Shown piece by piece: positions 13,931-28,330 of a stretch of 64,000 nt of DNA (position 1 is the first letter of the stretch; each line of letters begins with the position of its first letter). A model generated the notes under the pieces. The model made no database searches. It had not been told where the DNA came from and was given only the letters and a program-made list of their open reading frames with translations. Location of the stretch: NCBI GenBank assembly GCA_051294375.1, contig CM119269.1, positions 8,877,619 through 8,941,618 of the forward strand. The letters are read 5' to 3'. The stretch is from Paraspadella gotoi (taxonomy: Eukaryota > Animalia > Chaetognatha). Made by a program: the position numbers and the translations under genes.

Positions 13931-15537
13931 CTCTCTCTCTCTCTCTTGCTCAGCGGATAATTTGAAATCGTCCGATTTAAATATCAAAACGTCTATTACT
14001 TTTTTACTCCCCCCTTCTCATATTTCTGCCTTTCGGGCCCCTCTCATTCCTCTCAACTCCCCCCCCCGCCATCAAACGAGTCACCCCGGCCGCTTGGGGG
14101 GGGGTCATGGGGTGCTGTGAAAGGGGGGGGTGAGTTAAAGGCGGGGCGTGGAAAGGGGGGGGAGGTTCGATCGAATTAAACGTCTAATTAAACGTCGCCG
14201 TCAGCGCTCGAATTGCCCTCTAACCGCCGTCCTTTCGACTCGAACACGAAATTCAAACGCGGAAAAAAAAAAGATTTTTTGAAAAAAAAAGAAAGAAAAA
14301 AAAAAAAGAAAGAAAAAGATGGACGTCGTTGAAACGAATTTTTTTTTTAAATTCGGGAATTTTTTTTTCTCTTGTAGAGAGAAGGGAGTCAATCTCTCTC
14401 AATAGTCATTAATTTGACTTTCGGTTCTATGAATAAGATTGGATAATTTTCGTTTTCAAGTTCGAAGATAAAGGAGGATGAATATTAAATTTTCCTCATT
14501 TGCAAGAAATTTTTCTGCGATTTTTTTTATTTAGTGCCGAGAAGTGAATGCTAATCGAAAACAGTAAGAAAATAAAAATTAAAAAAAATAAATTGAAAAA
14601 AGTACCGATTCATGGGGAAAACATTTGTATTTTTTATTATTTAAGACGAGAGTATCATTTTGATTTATCTGACAAAAAAGGAGAGTTATTCCCACCCAAT
14701 GATGCGTTAATAGTTAACAAACCAAATACAAATTGTACATTTAAATTTGGTCGAATATAAAAAAATAATTATAATATAAAATTATCCACAATATATATTA
14801 CTTGAAATTATCATTTTAAATAAATAAGCTATCTTTTCCATAACTTTGAACAAGCTATGGTAAGTTAAGTCCCCCATCTCTCTCAAAATATGAAAAACAT
14901 CGCAGCAGCATACAAGCTATCATTATTTTTTATGCAAGTGCTTTCGAAAGGTTTTGCTCTTCGTATATACAAAATTGATTCAGTCTTCGGATGAAATTCA
15001 AGTCTTCAGATGAAATTTCAACGCAGCTCGTTTTTCTTTAAAATAACTCTCCAACTGCTTGCTAAAACTGCTCCAATCAACTTTTTTTTAAGTATTTTTT
15101 TTATGCTCTTTTGGAAAAATTAAAACAAATCAAGAAAAAAAAATTAAGAAAATTTATAGAAAATGGAAGAGTAATTCGTCTAAACGCGCAAATCTTAAAT
15201 ACAAGAATACATTTATGTTATTTTTTTTTCAGGTGATCTAACTACTCAAGACCAAACTTCATCACTTCTACAAAACAATGATAATGCAGCGTTGAGTCAG
15301 CTGGTAACGACAGTTTAAACGGCTGATTATCGTCTGTTCTTCTGACAATTCGATAGTTTGAACACAAACAAAAAATTCCTCTGCTCATGATAGCGACCTA
15401 TTAGGGAATTGCTTGAGAGAGAGTCTCTCGGTGGAATCCAGCTAATGAACAAACCGGATTTGGTTCGGCGCCGGAAACGAAAGATTCGCCGGGAATGAGA
15501 TCTGCCGACGACGACGACGACGACAACGACGATAGAA

Positions 15538-18232
15538 ATGAGTCGACGAAAAAAACGACGAAACAGGTGAAAAAGAATGAAGCAAAATGAAGTAAATAAA
15601 GTTAGATTATGATATTTGAAGATACATGGAGTAACAAAATATAAGGATAAGACATTTTATGTAGAGAAAATAAATAAAATGAAGTTAAATAAATAAAAAA
15701 TGAATTAAGTAAAATGAAGTCAAAACAAGCCTATCTGTTGAAACTTGCACAGTTTATCGAATTGAATGATACTTCGATTATTCGTGACAACGGAAAGTCA
15801 ATTTTGATTTTTCTGTTTCCAACTTACTTTTCAAGACTGATCTCGGGTAAGGTGTGTGTCTCCTTTATCCTGCTCACAACCTCATCCTGCCTTAGCTTTA
15901 ATTTCATTGGTTTTTTGTTCCCCATTTTTTGTTTCGGTTTGATTAAAAGCAAAATATTGTTTTGTCTCCCGAACTGCCTACATCTCCCGACCAACCTACG
16001 AAAAATAATAAAACCGAATATAAACTGGCCTTACCTGCTGTATGTTTATTGCAACATGGATAAATTTTTTTAACGGGTTTTCATTTTTGTATTTCAAATT
16101 ATTTTCAATTGGTTAATTTTTATTCACTCCCTTTTTCCTTTTCATGCCCAATGCCCAATACCTAAAATTCATCAGCAACTTAGTACTTAAACAATTTGAA
16201 ATTCTGTCATCTCACTCGAGAAAACTCATCGGCATATATATCTGCTCAACACCATAATAGACTAGACCTCATCATCTACATCATAATCATCTTCAACCTC
16301 ATCATCATCTGCATCAATCTGCATCCTACTCATCCTCTTCATCATTATCGACATCCACCCCTGGGGCCATTCTCTCCCCGAAAAAAAAACACAAAAAAAA
16401 AACACAAGCATTTGTTGTGACGTGCGGGTGATCAGTTTAACCGCCTGTAAATTATACTGTGAAACGTTTTCCTCTTTTTTTTTCTTTTTTTCAAAAGGAT
16501 TAAAACCAAAGAGGAAGAGGTGAACGCCACCCAAAGTCGTGAGACGAAGAAGCAAAGGGGGAGATTGAAAGAGTTTAGGGAGATGAACAACAGCAAGTGA
16601 GTTTGGTGATGTTGCGATGATGTAGTAACGTGTGATACTGTGATATAATGTACATTGTATAATGTACACATAGTGTAGAGTTGTTTAGTTTAGTTTAGTG
16701 CGTAGTGTGTGTACTATGTAGTGTTTTTTTGTTATGAAATTTTCATATTATTATTTTGTTAATCTAATTTGCATATAGTAGTAAAATATTTTAAGAGTTG
16801 CATAGGTTTGTGAGAATTTTTTTGAGCTTAACTTTGTTTACTATCTTTGCTGAGTCGTCTAAATTTCCCCCCCCCTTTTCGCAGCCAACCGGACGATCCT
16901 TTCCGGCTGCGGCCCATAAGGCTTCCTCCAGCCTTTACGCTAATCGACGAAGATGACGAGCATATCAAAAGGTAATGGGCGTGCCTCACGGGCTTTCCAG
17001 GGTTGTTTGTTATTAAAAATTCATATTGAAGGTAGATGAGTCTAAATACAGATAGAGAGAGATTAATCGGTGATAAGTTGGTTGAACAAAAGATTTCGAC
17101 ATAAATCATTAAAAAAAACTAATAATTATTACTGTGAATATTGAACAATAATTAATAATAACAATAATAATCACTTCAAACTTTTCTAGAAGCAACGGCG
17201 TCGAAACCGGTTCTACCGCGACGCCGAAAAAAGACGCCGGTTTTCAATCCGGCGTTCGATCAGGTGGGCAATCCGGCGCTCAAACAGGCGCGCAATCTGA
17301 TGCGAAAACCGGCGCTCAAACTGGCGCCCATTCTGGCGTTCCATCTGGCACGAAATCCGGCGCTCATTCGGGAGAAGGCGCCGTAAAATTTAGCGCCGGT
17401 TCTGGACGGAGCTTCTCATTGGTTTACGGCGCTCAAGGAGGGGGCGGCAGCGGCCTCGGTGGCGGCGTGGGCGGCGGCGGCGTTGGAGAAAGAGGAACCA
17501 AAGTTCAAAGTAAATTATTTAAAATGTTTGTAAGCAGATATGCGGATATGGTTTGATATCAAAATATTTTGGGACACAATCAAGTATTAATTAATGACAC
17601 TTGCAATTTGAAAATGAGGCATGTTTTGTTTTAAAGCTTATCTTTCAAGTGTATATATAATTAGTATTAATCAAAATGTAAATGTAAGCCAGACAGACCG
17701 ACCAAAAGTTACTAGAGAAGTCGCAGTGCAACTAAAAATAACAATTATTTTTATTCCTCGATTTTTTTTAGGATCTGCATCAAATCCGTCTCAACCAACA
17801 TCCGGCGCCGCGCAACGTCCCGGCGCCGTAACACACCCTGGCGCCGCGCAACGACCCGGCACCGCAACACACCCTGGCGCCGCCACTCATCCCGCCTCCC
17901 CAAAATATCCTGGCGCCGCAACATATCCCGCCTTAGCTTCTCAACTTTCGGGCCCGGCGCCTCCTCCCGATACGGCGTCATCTACCGGCGTCGCCAACCC
18001 CGTGACTCGATCGTCGTCGTTGTCGTCGGCGTCGTCGGACGACGCTGGACGAAGAACTTGGGCGAAGACGGCGACGGCGCTCCTTCCCAAAGATGGAACC
18101 AAAACTAGCGCCGATGGAACTAATATATCCGGCCTCGGAAAACTGACGACCGGAATTCGACCGGAAATAATCGAAAGTTCTTCCGGCGCACCTCAAGGTT
18201 CTCGTCCGGAAAGTCGTCGTCTCGAAAGGTAA

Positions 18233-18269
<37 letters not shown>

Positions 18270-18377
18270 GTCGTCGTCGTCCTTTTTCTATGCAGCATAT
18301 TTCATCGTTAATATTGTCGATTTTAGGTCTTGATTGTGTGACAAAACTTAGTAATTTTAAATTGATTTTAATAAGGC

Positions 18378-18475
<98 letters not shown>

Positions 18476-19207
18476 AGACAGACGGTAGCACAGTATCTTT
18501 ATTAATAGAGAAACGAAACACGCGAAAAAAAATAAGCTGTTCAAACCAAACAAAACGATTAAAAAAAAATCAAAAAAATCAAAAACAGAAACAAATAAAA
18601 AAAAGAAATATTTTTTTGTTTCTGATATAAAAACAATAAATGATTAATTTTCCTCCGCAATTCGAGGGCGATCGAAGGGAGGCGGGGGGAGTAGGGGGGA
18701 GTAAGGGAGAGGAGAAGATGGGGGGGATGACGTACGATGGATCTCGACGCCTGAGGTGAGAGTTCGGGCAAAATGTCGGGCATTAAGTCGGGCAAGGAAC
18801 GTCGCTGCGCCCGACCCAGGAATGCGGGGGAAAAAGAAGTCTTTAGATCTTGTCTGCGTGACGTGGGGTGCGTGGATATTGCACTGTGGGTATTTTTTTT
18901 TCATTTCTAGTAGATATCATCTTGGGTGGCATCGTTACTTTCTTTTCGAGGGATAACATCATATCTTCGATTGATTGATTGTTTTAGCCGATCAGTAAAA
19001 AAATATCCGGTCGACGACAGCGCAGAACAAATTGATGATTCGATGTTCAAACTCGAGTCTCTTTCGATCTCGTGCCCCAGAAAACGAAACGAGGCCACGT
19101 CAGCCGCGTCGCCCACGCGATCCGTTTTGGGTCCAGAGACTTGGATGTCTTCTGCCCCCGGATGTAATTGGGGAGTGTCGGGATTTTATAAAAAGAAAAG
19201 GCGTTAA
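15538..19207 (+). CDS. Uncharacterised low-complexity protein (~403 aa) with basic NLS-like start and G/A/Q/S/P repeats
   Basis: Six phase-consistent GT-AG exons: 15538-15566, 16498-16596, 16885-16971, 17190-17509, 17772-18228, 18988-19207. Starts MSRRKKRRNRIKTKEEE; contains SGAQTGAQ and PGAA(T/Q)(H/R) repeats; ends YKKKRR*. No recognisable domain. Confidence 0.5.
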
Positions 19208-19359
19208 ATGAAAAGATTGTGATTTTTGCTTTAGAGATATCGGATATATGAGTTTAGTATAAGGGTTCAAGACGATGACAAGTTTTTTAATTGTCCTTTT
19301 GTTTGTTCATTCGATGATTACATTTTCAAAAAAACGAAGGAGGTCAGCCTTGTCGACCG

Positions 19360-20088
19360 TTAATACAGCACAGTCCCTTTAGCGGACCTAAGCTGAAGGC
19401 AGCCGCGCACGTGATCAGGCGATAGACTGTTCTTTCGTCTGATTTCCGGCGACTTTTGACCGTAACCTGGCGTGGCCTTAGCGCCGTAAGTGGGCGTTGC
19501 GACGGCGCCATAAGTGGGAGTGGCAACAGCGCCATAAGTGGGAGTGGCAACAGCGCCGTAAGTGGGAGTGACAACGGCGCCGTTAGTTCGCGGCAAAGGA
19601 ATGTCTGAGGTGGCGAGGAGAAGTCGCGCCCAAGGATTGGCGTCGGCGAGAACGCGCGCCGGTGACAGAGACGGCGTCACCGGCGTCGTTTCTTCATCCG
19701 GCGTCGTCGCTGGCGTGGAGGAACGTGAAGGAGAGCGAGAGGACGACCGCGCCGCCACTCCGAGACGCGGCGCCGGCGATACAGAGCCGGGCGAGGCGTC
19801 CAGGCGCGCCAGGCTATTGCGCCTCGCTCTCGAAAAGATCGTTAGGTTTCGCCAAGAAGTGAGATCGTTGGCAGGTGATGCCGGGGTGCCGGTGACGTCT
19901 CTCCGAGCGGTTGGCGCGGAGGAAGGCGGCGCTCTTTTCGGAGTACCCTCGAGAGAGATTCTCGTCGTTGGCGTCGGCGGGGTTGTCTTGGGCGGTGGCG
20001 GCGTTCTTTTCGGTCCGGGCGGCTTTGCTCTCGGCGGGAGAGCGGCGCCCGCCTCTTCTCCCGGCGTCGACGACTTTCGTGTCCTCAC
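19360..20088 (-). CDS. Probable CDC14 C-terminal tail in the -1 frame (S/T-P-rich)
   Basis: 242-codon ORF overlapping the CDC14 stop (AGTGTGTGA), with the same exon-like composition and a 24-bp AVATPTYG repeat. Confidence 0.55.
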   Translation of the reverse strand: MRTRKSSTPGEEAGAALPPRAKPPGPKRTPPPPKTTPPTPTTRISLEGTPKRAPPSSAPTARRDVTGTPASPANDLTSWRNLTIFSRARRNSLARLDASPGSVSPAPRLGVAARSSSRSPSRSSTPATTPDEETTPVTPSLSPARVLADANPWARLLLATSDIPLPRTNGAVVTPTYGAVATPTYGAVATPTYGAVATPTYGAKATPGYGQKSPEIRRKNSLSPDHVRGCLQLRSAKGTVLY

Positions 20089-22800
20089 ACACTTCCGGTT
20101 TTCGAAGTTGACGCTGTTGATTTTGACATCGGTTCCAATTTCGACGCCGCTTCGCTCGATCTTGACGCCGTCGATTGACGCTCGTTAACGAAATCCTGTA
20201 AAGACGGCGCCGGTTTATTCTCTACCAATTTCCTCGCCATCGGCGGCGTCGGTGGCATCGGCGGCGTCCCTTCGCTTCGCGCCGTCCTCCGCTCGGCCTT
20301 TAGTCTGTTGAGCTTATCGCCTTGAGTCGGCTCATCGGCAGCGGCGTCCTCTTTTCCGGCGTCGCGCCGCAATCCCGTCGTCGATCGAACCGAGATTCTC
20401 ATTTCGGCGCCACGACCGTCGAGCTCTGCTTCCGCCCACGCCCTCAAACTGCTGGACTCGTCGTCGGCGGAAGACGTCGACGATCGACTTGGTCGGCGGC
20501 TGCGGAGACGCGGCGACGCAGGAGATATTGCTTTAGATTCTGAAGCAGCCGATGCTGTCGATCCCGCCGACTCCGCTGAAGTCGACCGTTTTCCCATCGC
20601 CCACAGCGCCGCCTGCTTCTCCTCCAGCCAATGCTGCTGCGAGCCAATGATGCTCCCGGGTCTGCAGATCCTCGTCCACGCGATGGCTTCCGGCGCCGTG
20701 AACCTCAGCGCCTTCATCAGCCAAGCGGCGATGAGCGTCCCCGTGCGGCCTAGCCCGGCCTTGCAGTGGACCGCAATGGCGCCTGGAGAGGCGTCGGCGA
20801 TCTCCAGGAATTTGCTCAAAATCTGAAGAAGAAAACAAAGATTATTTTTGATTAGGATTCCTAATCTACCTTACATATATATAGTAGTCCTTGTTGGTGC
20901 TAATAATTTGTTTGTTTTACTTAAAATCCAGAGCAAAATAATTGAATGTTTATAAAAAAGCATATAAAACATCTTCTCATATGTTTAGGGAAGTTTTAAG
21001 TCATTACTTTTTTATTCCAGATGGGGATCTGCCGTCTGAAGTAACCGGCAAGAGGCACAGAAAGTATTATTATTCGTCATCCACACATGCAGAGTTATAC
21101 TGTGGATAAGGCGCTAAGAGTGCTATCCGCAACTTATTTAACCCCTCTGGCAGCCATGGAACGAGTCCTGGGCTTGGAACCAGATTTGAGGGTTTCCACA
21201 CCCCTAAGGCGGTTAACTGCCGTCCTCACGCTACCCACTGGATAGGTACCGGGTTGGGATTGAGCCCAGTACCTAGTGGTCTTGAGCTGATGGGTTTACT
21301 CAATGAGTTACCGGGTCACAACTAAAGGTTTCATGCTTATAGGCGGGGTGAACCTAGGCAATGCCCGACTACATATATATAAATATCATCACAGATGAAT
21401 GAAACCCGGAAACAGAGCAAAAGGATTAAGGAAGAGGATTCCGGAAGAGGAAGAAGATTCTGGAATGATTTTGAATGGGATTTTGGAAGCCAAATCCAGA
21501 AAAGGAACAATACTTTCCGGAAGAGGAAAAGAAGGTTCCAGAAGAGGAAGAGGAGGGTTCCGGAAGAGGAATCTGGCTTCGTCTACTTGCCCTTTATAAA
21601 TACTTTAAATAGTCTCTGTTTCTGCTCTGATTCATTCTGTCTAAAATTCTGATATATAGAGAAACAGAAAATAGACCCCCACCATCTTGACTTACATCAT
21701 CGGGCGGAGTTGCTCCGTCCGGAAAGAAGAGATCAAAGTGCCGAAATCCGGCGTCGACGAACCTCTCGGCGTCGTAGAGGCGCCGGTTGAGCCTAACGAC
21801 GGTAGTGACGCCGCGACGCCGGAAATAGGGAAAGTAAAACTCGGGGGCGTGGAGAGGAAATCCGTCCTCGAGGCGGGATTCCGGGTGAGGTCCGCTGAAG
21901 GCGACGAACTTACCCTCAACGATCCAATTGAGGTCTCCGCCTTCGATCGTCTCGTCGCGTTCGTAGGCGGCGACGTCGAAGGCCGACATGCGGAAGACGC
22001 CGCGCCTCATCGCTTTTTCTAGGGCCTGGTTGAGGAGGGCGAGGGTGGATGGTAGGGAGAGAGAAGGGAGGAAAGGTTGATGCGGGAAATAGGGTCTTGG
22101 CGGTTTGATGTAACAGTACANNNNNNNNNNAAGACGCCGCGCCTGATCGCTTTTTCTAGGGCCTGGTTGAGGAGGTCGAGGATGTAGGGTAGAGTGAGAG
22201 AAGGGAGGAAAGGTTGATGCGGGGAATAGGGTGTTGGCGGTTTGATGTAACAGTAAAACATCAAAAACTAATCTAAAAACAATAACAAAACAAAAAAAGA
22301 ACAAAAATGATTTTTGTTTTCAAGATACAATTGATTGTGAGACCTGCAAACAGGCGAGAACGGGAAGATTGTAAGTGGACGGGCTGAATGACGCGTCTCT
22401 GTAGGCCAAATAAGGCGGGTTTGAGCCGGAGATCAGGGGACGCAGGGCCTCGGCAGCGCCGCGGCCGAGAACGACGACCGAAAAGGCGCCGGCGAGGAAC
22501 GCCGCGTTGGATCTTTTCTTCGAATCGAGGAGCGTCAAGTGGACGAGAGGCTTGGTGGTCGGCGCCGACAGGCGTTCCTCAACCAGGCGACAGTACCGCG
22601 CCACCAGCGCCAGATTGAGCGGGCCAAAGTCGGCGTTGAACGCCTGATACACGAAATCATCGTCAGTCGAGAAAACGTCGACTTCCGGTCGAGGAGCTGG
22701 GAGGCGCAAGAAAGTGGCGAAGTAGAAACGTCCCGCCACGATCTTGCCGCCCGCCCACCAGATCGAGGGGTCGATGCCCGCCGGCGTCGTTGGCGCGGCG
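20085..22800 (-). CDS. CDC14: Dual-specificity protein phosphatase CDC14 (A- and B-domain exons)
   Basis: Exons ~22800-22344 ([31 protein letters not shown]), 22025-21696 ([29 protein letters not shown]) and 20822-20085 with intact catalytic HCKAGLGRT and [15 protein letters not shown]. The 5' start is unresolved. Confidence 0.95.
21010..21320 (-). mobile_element. tRNA-headed SINE in a CDC14 intron
   Basis: Minus strand reads GGTAACTCATTGAGT...GGGCTCAATCCC (A/B-box-like), then AGCGTGAGGACGGCAGTTAACCGCCTTAGGGG...TGGTTCCAAGCCCAGGA, which is shared with 42630-42870. Confidence 0.65.
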
Positions 22801-24293
22801 GAGGGCGGGAGGTGGCGGCGGTGGCGGCGGCAGTGGCGGCAGCGGCGGCAGCGGGGAAGAGGAAAGGAGTGCCGGGTCTAGGGAACCCCGGCGCGCCAGA
22901 TGACGGAGAGGCGTCAGTGGCGCTAACATGGCGCAGAGAGAGAGAGAGAGAGAGAGAAAAAGAGAGAGAGAGACTACGAAAATTTTTATAGAAAATCATT
23001 TGCGAAACTTGGATTAGAATTTGTTATTTTTTTGCCGCCAATTTTTTATTTTTTGAGACTAAAAATAATTTGGAAGCCAAAGAAGGAGATCTGTGAATTT
23101 TGTGATCGCGTGTTAATTCGTCGTCGAGCGTCGCGTGTTAAAAGTGTGAAAAAGGGAAGAGATGTTGCTACGGATGTCCCGTCCCATAGTGATTCCGTGA
23201 AACTCCGCCCGTGTCTAGCTGGCTGTAAGTGCGCGCAGGAAAAACGATGATGATGATACCTTTCACACGAAAGATAAAGACCAAAAAAGACCACGATGGC
23301 GACGACGATGATGATGACGACGACGATGACGACGACGACCACAATGAAGACGATAAATATAGCACAACAATTTTTACTGTATGAACTTTATATTTACTAG
23401 TTTTTTCTTTCCTCTTTTTTGTTTCTTAAAAAAAAAGACTTTTATTATATTTATACCTTTTTTGTCATCTAAATTCAATTGTTTTTGAATTAATTAATTG
23501 ATTAGTCAATTAACTCTATATTCAATTCACTAATTATTTAATTAATTAATTCTTTCTCTCATTCGTTTATTCTTTCCTTTATTAATTAATTCATTCATTC
23601 ATTTACTCATTCATTCATTCATTCATTCATTTACTCATTCCTTCCTTCCTTTCCTCCCTTTCTCCAGCACGAACGTCGTAATCATTCCCCAATAAACCGA
23701 AACAGATATTTAATCACCTCATCGTTTGTGTACAACGAATTTCGTTTCCCACAAATTTATCGTTCCAATAAACATGGAATGATATTAAAGCCAAGAAATA
23801 TGTAAAAATCCTCAACCCTAATTTATGACTCCCTTAAAAAAAAAAAACTTTTTAAGTTTAATTGATTAATTAATATTAGTGCGACTCAAAGTCGAAATCA
23901 TTTCGCTCGTTTGAGTCAGAAAAAGGAATTTCTTAATTCGCCGGTGAAAGATCGCAGATCGCGTGATCGGCTGTGATAAAAAGTCTGTGACATCCCAGTC
24001 GATTATGTCAGTGATCATCGTCAGACGGAGATTGGGCTCGTTGACAACGGCCGATCAATAGTTGAGAGGAGAGAGAGAAATATTGGAGCCGATTATTAGT
24101 AAATATTAAATATTATTTAATAATTTATATAATTTATATAATAATTTATTACTCTCAAGAAAAAAAAATTAAAGAAAAAGAAAAAAAATCTGAATATCTA
24201 ATAAACTAATTAGACAAATTTTTTTTTTTACCTTATGCAAAATTATATCAACGGATCAACTAACCAACAAACATCTCTCCTTCTCTCTCTCTC

Positions 24294-24342
<49 letters not shown>

Positions 24343-24803
24343 TCTCTCTCTCTCCTCTCTCTCTCTCTCTCGTTTTTTCTCAACATTATCCAGAGATTTT
24401 CCGGATCCCTTTTGCTTTCATTTTCTCCCATTCCTTGTATCGACGAGGGCTTTATCTGTCTCTCCGTCAGTTGCCTGTCCGTTTTAGCCCTTTGTCTGAC
24501 GGTTTGTCAGTATGTCCGTCTGTGTCTCCCTTTCTTTTTTCTCTTTCTTTCCTTCCATCATTTCCATCACCTTTGATGTTTTGAAACATTAAATATCTTT
24601 TTTTTAAATATTTCTCAGTTTTCCTTTTCAAATAGTCAAACCCCTTTTGAACATTCCCTCTACCCCTCACTGCCCGAGTTCCTCTTTAATCGCGTGAACC
24701 GTAATTAATCTTGAGGTAAAATCATTTTTCACGGCCTCAAAAAAAAATGTTTGGTCTTCCCCTCTCACACCTGAAATTAGGAGCCAAGTACTAAACTCTT
24801 GAC

Positions 24804-24879
<76 letters not shown>

Positions 24880-25300
24880 TTTTTTCTCTTTCTAAATTAA
24901 TATATTTTATTTATTTTTTAATGATTTTTTAACTCGTTCGATGCTTAACTTTTGTTTAATTGGTTTAATCATTCATAGGTTCATTCATTCATATTTTCAT
25001 TCATTCATTTTCACTTTTCCCTTCACTTCCTTTCATTAACCAATAACCAGCAGTCCTGGATTCGATCCACGTATTTGGCAAAAACCTCAACTTAATTTCG
25101 ATGAAATAACAAATCTTGCCAGAAATAATCTTCTCTTGAATCAATTCATTTTTTTTTCGTCTTTTTCTTATCTTTTTATCATTTTCCATACTATAATTTT
25201 ATAAGTTTTAACTTAAAATCATATTAATAAATTCAGCCTTTGAGGATTTTTAACTAATTCCCTCTTCAATATTTCCCAAGATTTCGAGCTCACCCCCTCA

Positions 25301-25471
25301 ACGACTCACGACTCACGACTCACGACTCACGACTCACGACTCACGACTCACGACTCACGACTCACGACTCACGACTCACGACTCACGACTCACGACTCAC
25401 GACTCACGACTCACGACTCACGACTCACGACTCACGACTCACGACTCACGACTCACGACTCACGACTCACG
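25301..25471. repeat. Perfect 7-bp tandem repeat (ACGACTC)n, ~24 units
   Basis: Directly visible, with no interruptions. Confidence 0.95.
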
Positions 25472-26747
25472 GAAGACATCAATCAAGTCGTTCCATTAAA
25501 GTAGAAGAAAAATTTAAAGAATTGGCTCGTGTGCGATTTATTATTAGGTTGTCAATTTAACTTTTCTATTTTCAGGATCAATTCTTTAATAAAATATTAA
25601 TTTGTTAAAAAGGTCAATGATAACTGGAGACATTATTTTATCTTTGGGAAATTTTTATTACTTTTTTTCCCCTCCGAGAGAGAAAAATAAAGAACAGATT
25701 AAAATACGATTTATTAACATTACGAAAAACTGATAAAAGTGATAAAAAGGTTATTTATAACTGAACAAAAAAAACGCACGAGGGAAAAACCACGGATAGA
25801 GGTTTGTCTCTTAGTCACGGAGATAAGAAGTCGAAATTTCTGAGTATTTCGTCAAATCGAGAATCCGTCGAAATTGTTACGTTTCTCAACTCCAAGAGCT
25901 GAATGATATTTCATTTTACGTCCGGGTAGAAATTATATCGACTCCGATCAGAAAGTTATTTTATTAATTACCACTTAATTATTAATTAAAGATCTCGCTT
26001 TGTTTCGGCCAAATAAAAAAAAGGAAACAAAGAATCCTTATCTTTTCTATTTATTGCGTTAGTTTGAGAATTTTGTTTTTTTATCAACTTCTGTTTTTTG
26101 TCAACTTCTATTTCTTTTATCAACTTCGGTTTTTTATCGATTTTTTATCAACTTCTGTTTTTCCATTCGCTTCTGTTTTTGTGATAAATTTTTTTTTTAA
26201 ATTTTGTCTTCGTCTTTTCCAGAAACGATTACAAGTTTTACAGTGAAACCCTTTTTTTTTCACCGACGGATTATTTTTCCGGTTTCGTTCGCTCAGTTTT
26301 ATTTTCCTTTTACTGTCCACTATTTCATTTTTACTGTCCTTTTTCTCCCTTTGACTGTCTTGTGATAAGCGTTTATAGCTAAAATGTTTTTAAAAAACTA
26401 ATTTGAAAAACCTGAAAAAACTTATTTTGTTGAAAAACAAAAACCCCCAAAAAAAAGATACAAATAAAAGAATTAAAAAATATCTTTAAAACTGATAATA
26501 AAACGAAAGCGCTTGATTATGATGTTTTTTATAGTTAATTTTGTTCTATGAGATAAAATTATGTGGTTTATAACATGTCCTAAAGATATTATAAAATGTT
26601 TTAAAGTCTTTTATTTACAATAAAGCAAGGATGTTCTGTCCAAAAGATGGGTTACGATCTTTTTCAAAATCTTTACCACAACACGTTGTCTCACCTCGCC
26701 ACTCTAGGGTGATTAATCACTCTTCTTTCTTTTCTTTTTGCATATGT

Positions 26748-27090
<343 letters not shown>

Positions 27091-27817
27091 ACCTCATGCG
27101 TCATATTTTACCTCTTGTCGAATGAGTTGTTGTTGTGATTATTGTTGTTGTAGGATTTATCTGTGCGAACTGAGAAGAGAAAACCTGTTGTCGTCAAAAA
27201 TGTTTTACGATTCGAAACCTAAAAACTTCGTACAACCGAAAAGTCTTAAAAATATGGCGGGTAGACTTTCTGGGGGACCAACACTTGATCTTTCTCTGAC
27301 CGAACATTTGATCGTAAAGACGATCAAATTGTATACAAGACTCATCCTTTCTCAGAGGCACAAAGCGGACTCGTGGGGAAATCAAGGGACTTGGAGATTT
27401 TCAGAAACAACCAACCCTCTCTTTACAAACATGATTCCCGTAATTATCTCAACCCCTGATCCCGTAAGGAAAGACAAGCGAAAAAAAAAGGCCGTAAAAA
27501 CTTTAGGTTTTTAACGATGAACCTGGTTTCCATTAGGGTCGTTACCTTCTTCAAAACATCTTTCCCAATTTTTAAAAAGTGGAAAAAGGTACGAATACGA
27601 AAAAAAGTTCTCGCGATCACATCGTAAAGAAAATCTCGTCAACTAAATTCGAACAAAATAGCATCGAAAAAAAATATAAATCTTTTTTACCAAAATTTTT
27701 TCATTTGACGCAATCTTTTTTTTTTTTTTTTTTTTGAAAAATCGTCAGCGATGAATTTGACTTTTATCTCTTCAAAACAATCGGGGGCTGTAACTCAGAA
27801 ATGGGTTTGTTAAACGA

Positions 27818-27950
<133 letters not shown>

Positions 27951-28330
27951 CCTCTCTCTCTCTCTTTCTCTCTTCTCTCTCTCTTCTCCTCTCTCTCTCT
28001 CTCTCTTTAATTTTTCATTTCTCGCCAATGTTGAGTTAAAAGTAATTAATTGTTTATGGGTTCAAACATTAAATGTTCTCCCCTCTTGTTAAGCCGCTCA
28101 GAAGTTTGTTTTATCAAATAATTATCTGTTTCTCTCTATGTCTCTCTGTTTGTCTGTTGTCAAATCAAAATATTACTTTTTAAATAGTCAAACCATTTTT
28201 TTGCCACAAATAAAGTCATATTGTACTTAGTACTAGTATTCTAGGTCCTTACTTTTTCTGTGAACAATCATACAAACGAGCAAATTAAAACAAAAATAAT
28301 TTAACATTTATTAATTTTTTTTATCTCCAG

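Noticed and set aside
19562-20188. Plus-strand ORF opposite the CDC14 tail (and similar antisense ORFs over CNG exons)
   Set aside because: Antisense shadows of GC-rich coding sequence.
21992-22255. Duplicated CDC14 exon start as an alternative exon
   Set aside because: The two similar copies directly flank a 10-N gap; likely unmerged haplotypes.
25301-25471. CRISPR-like or telomeric array
   Set aside because: It is a spacer-less 7-bp microsatellite, and I do not recognise the unit as a telomere motif.
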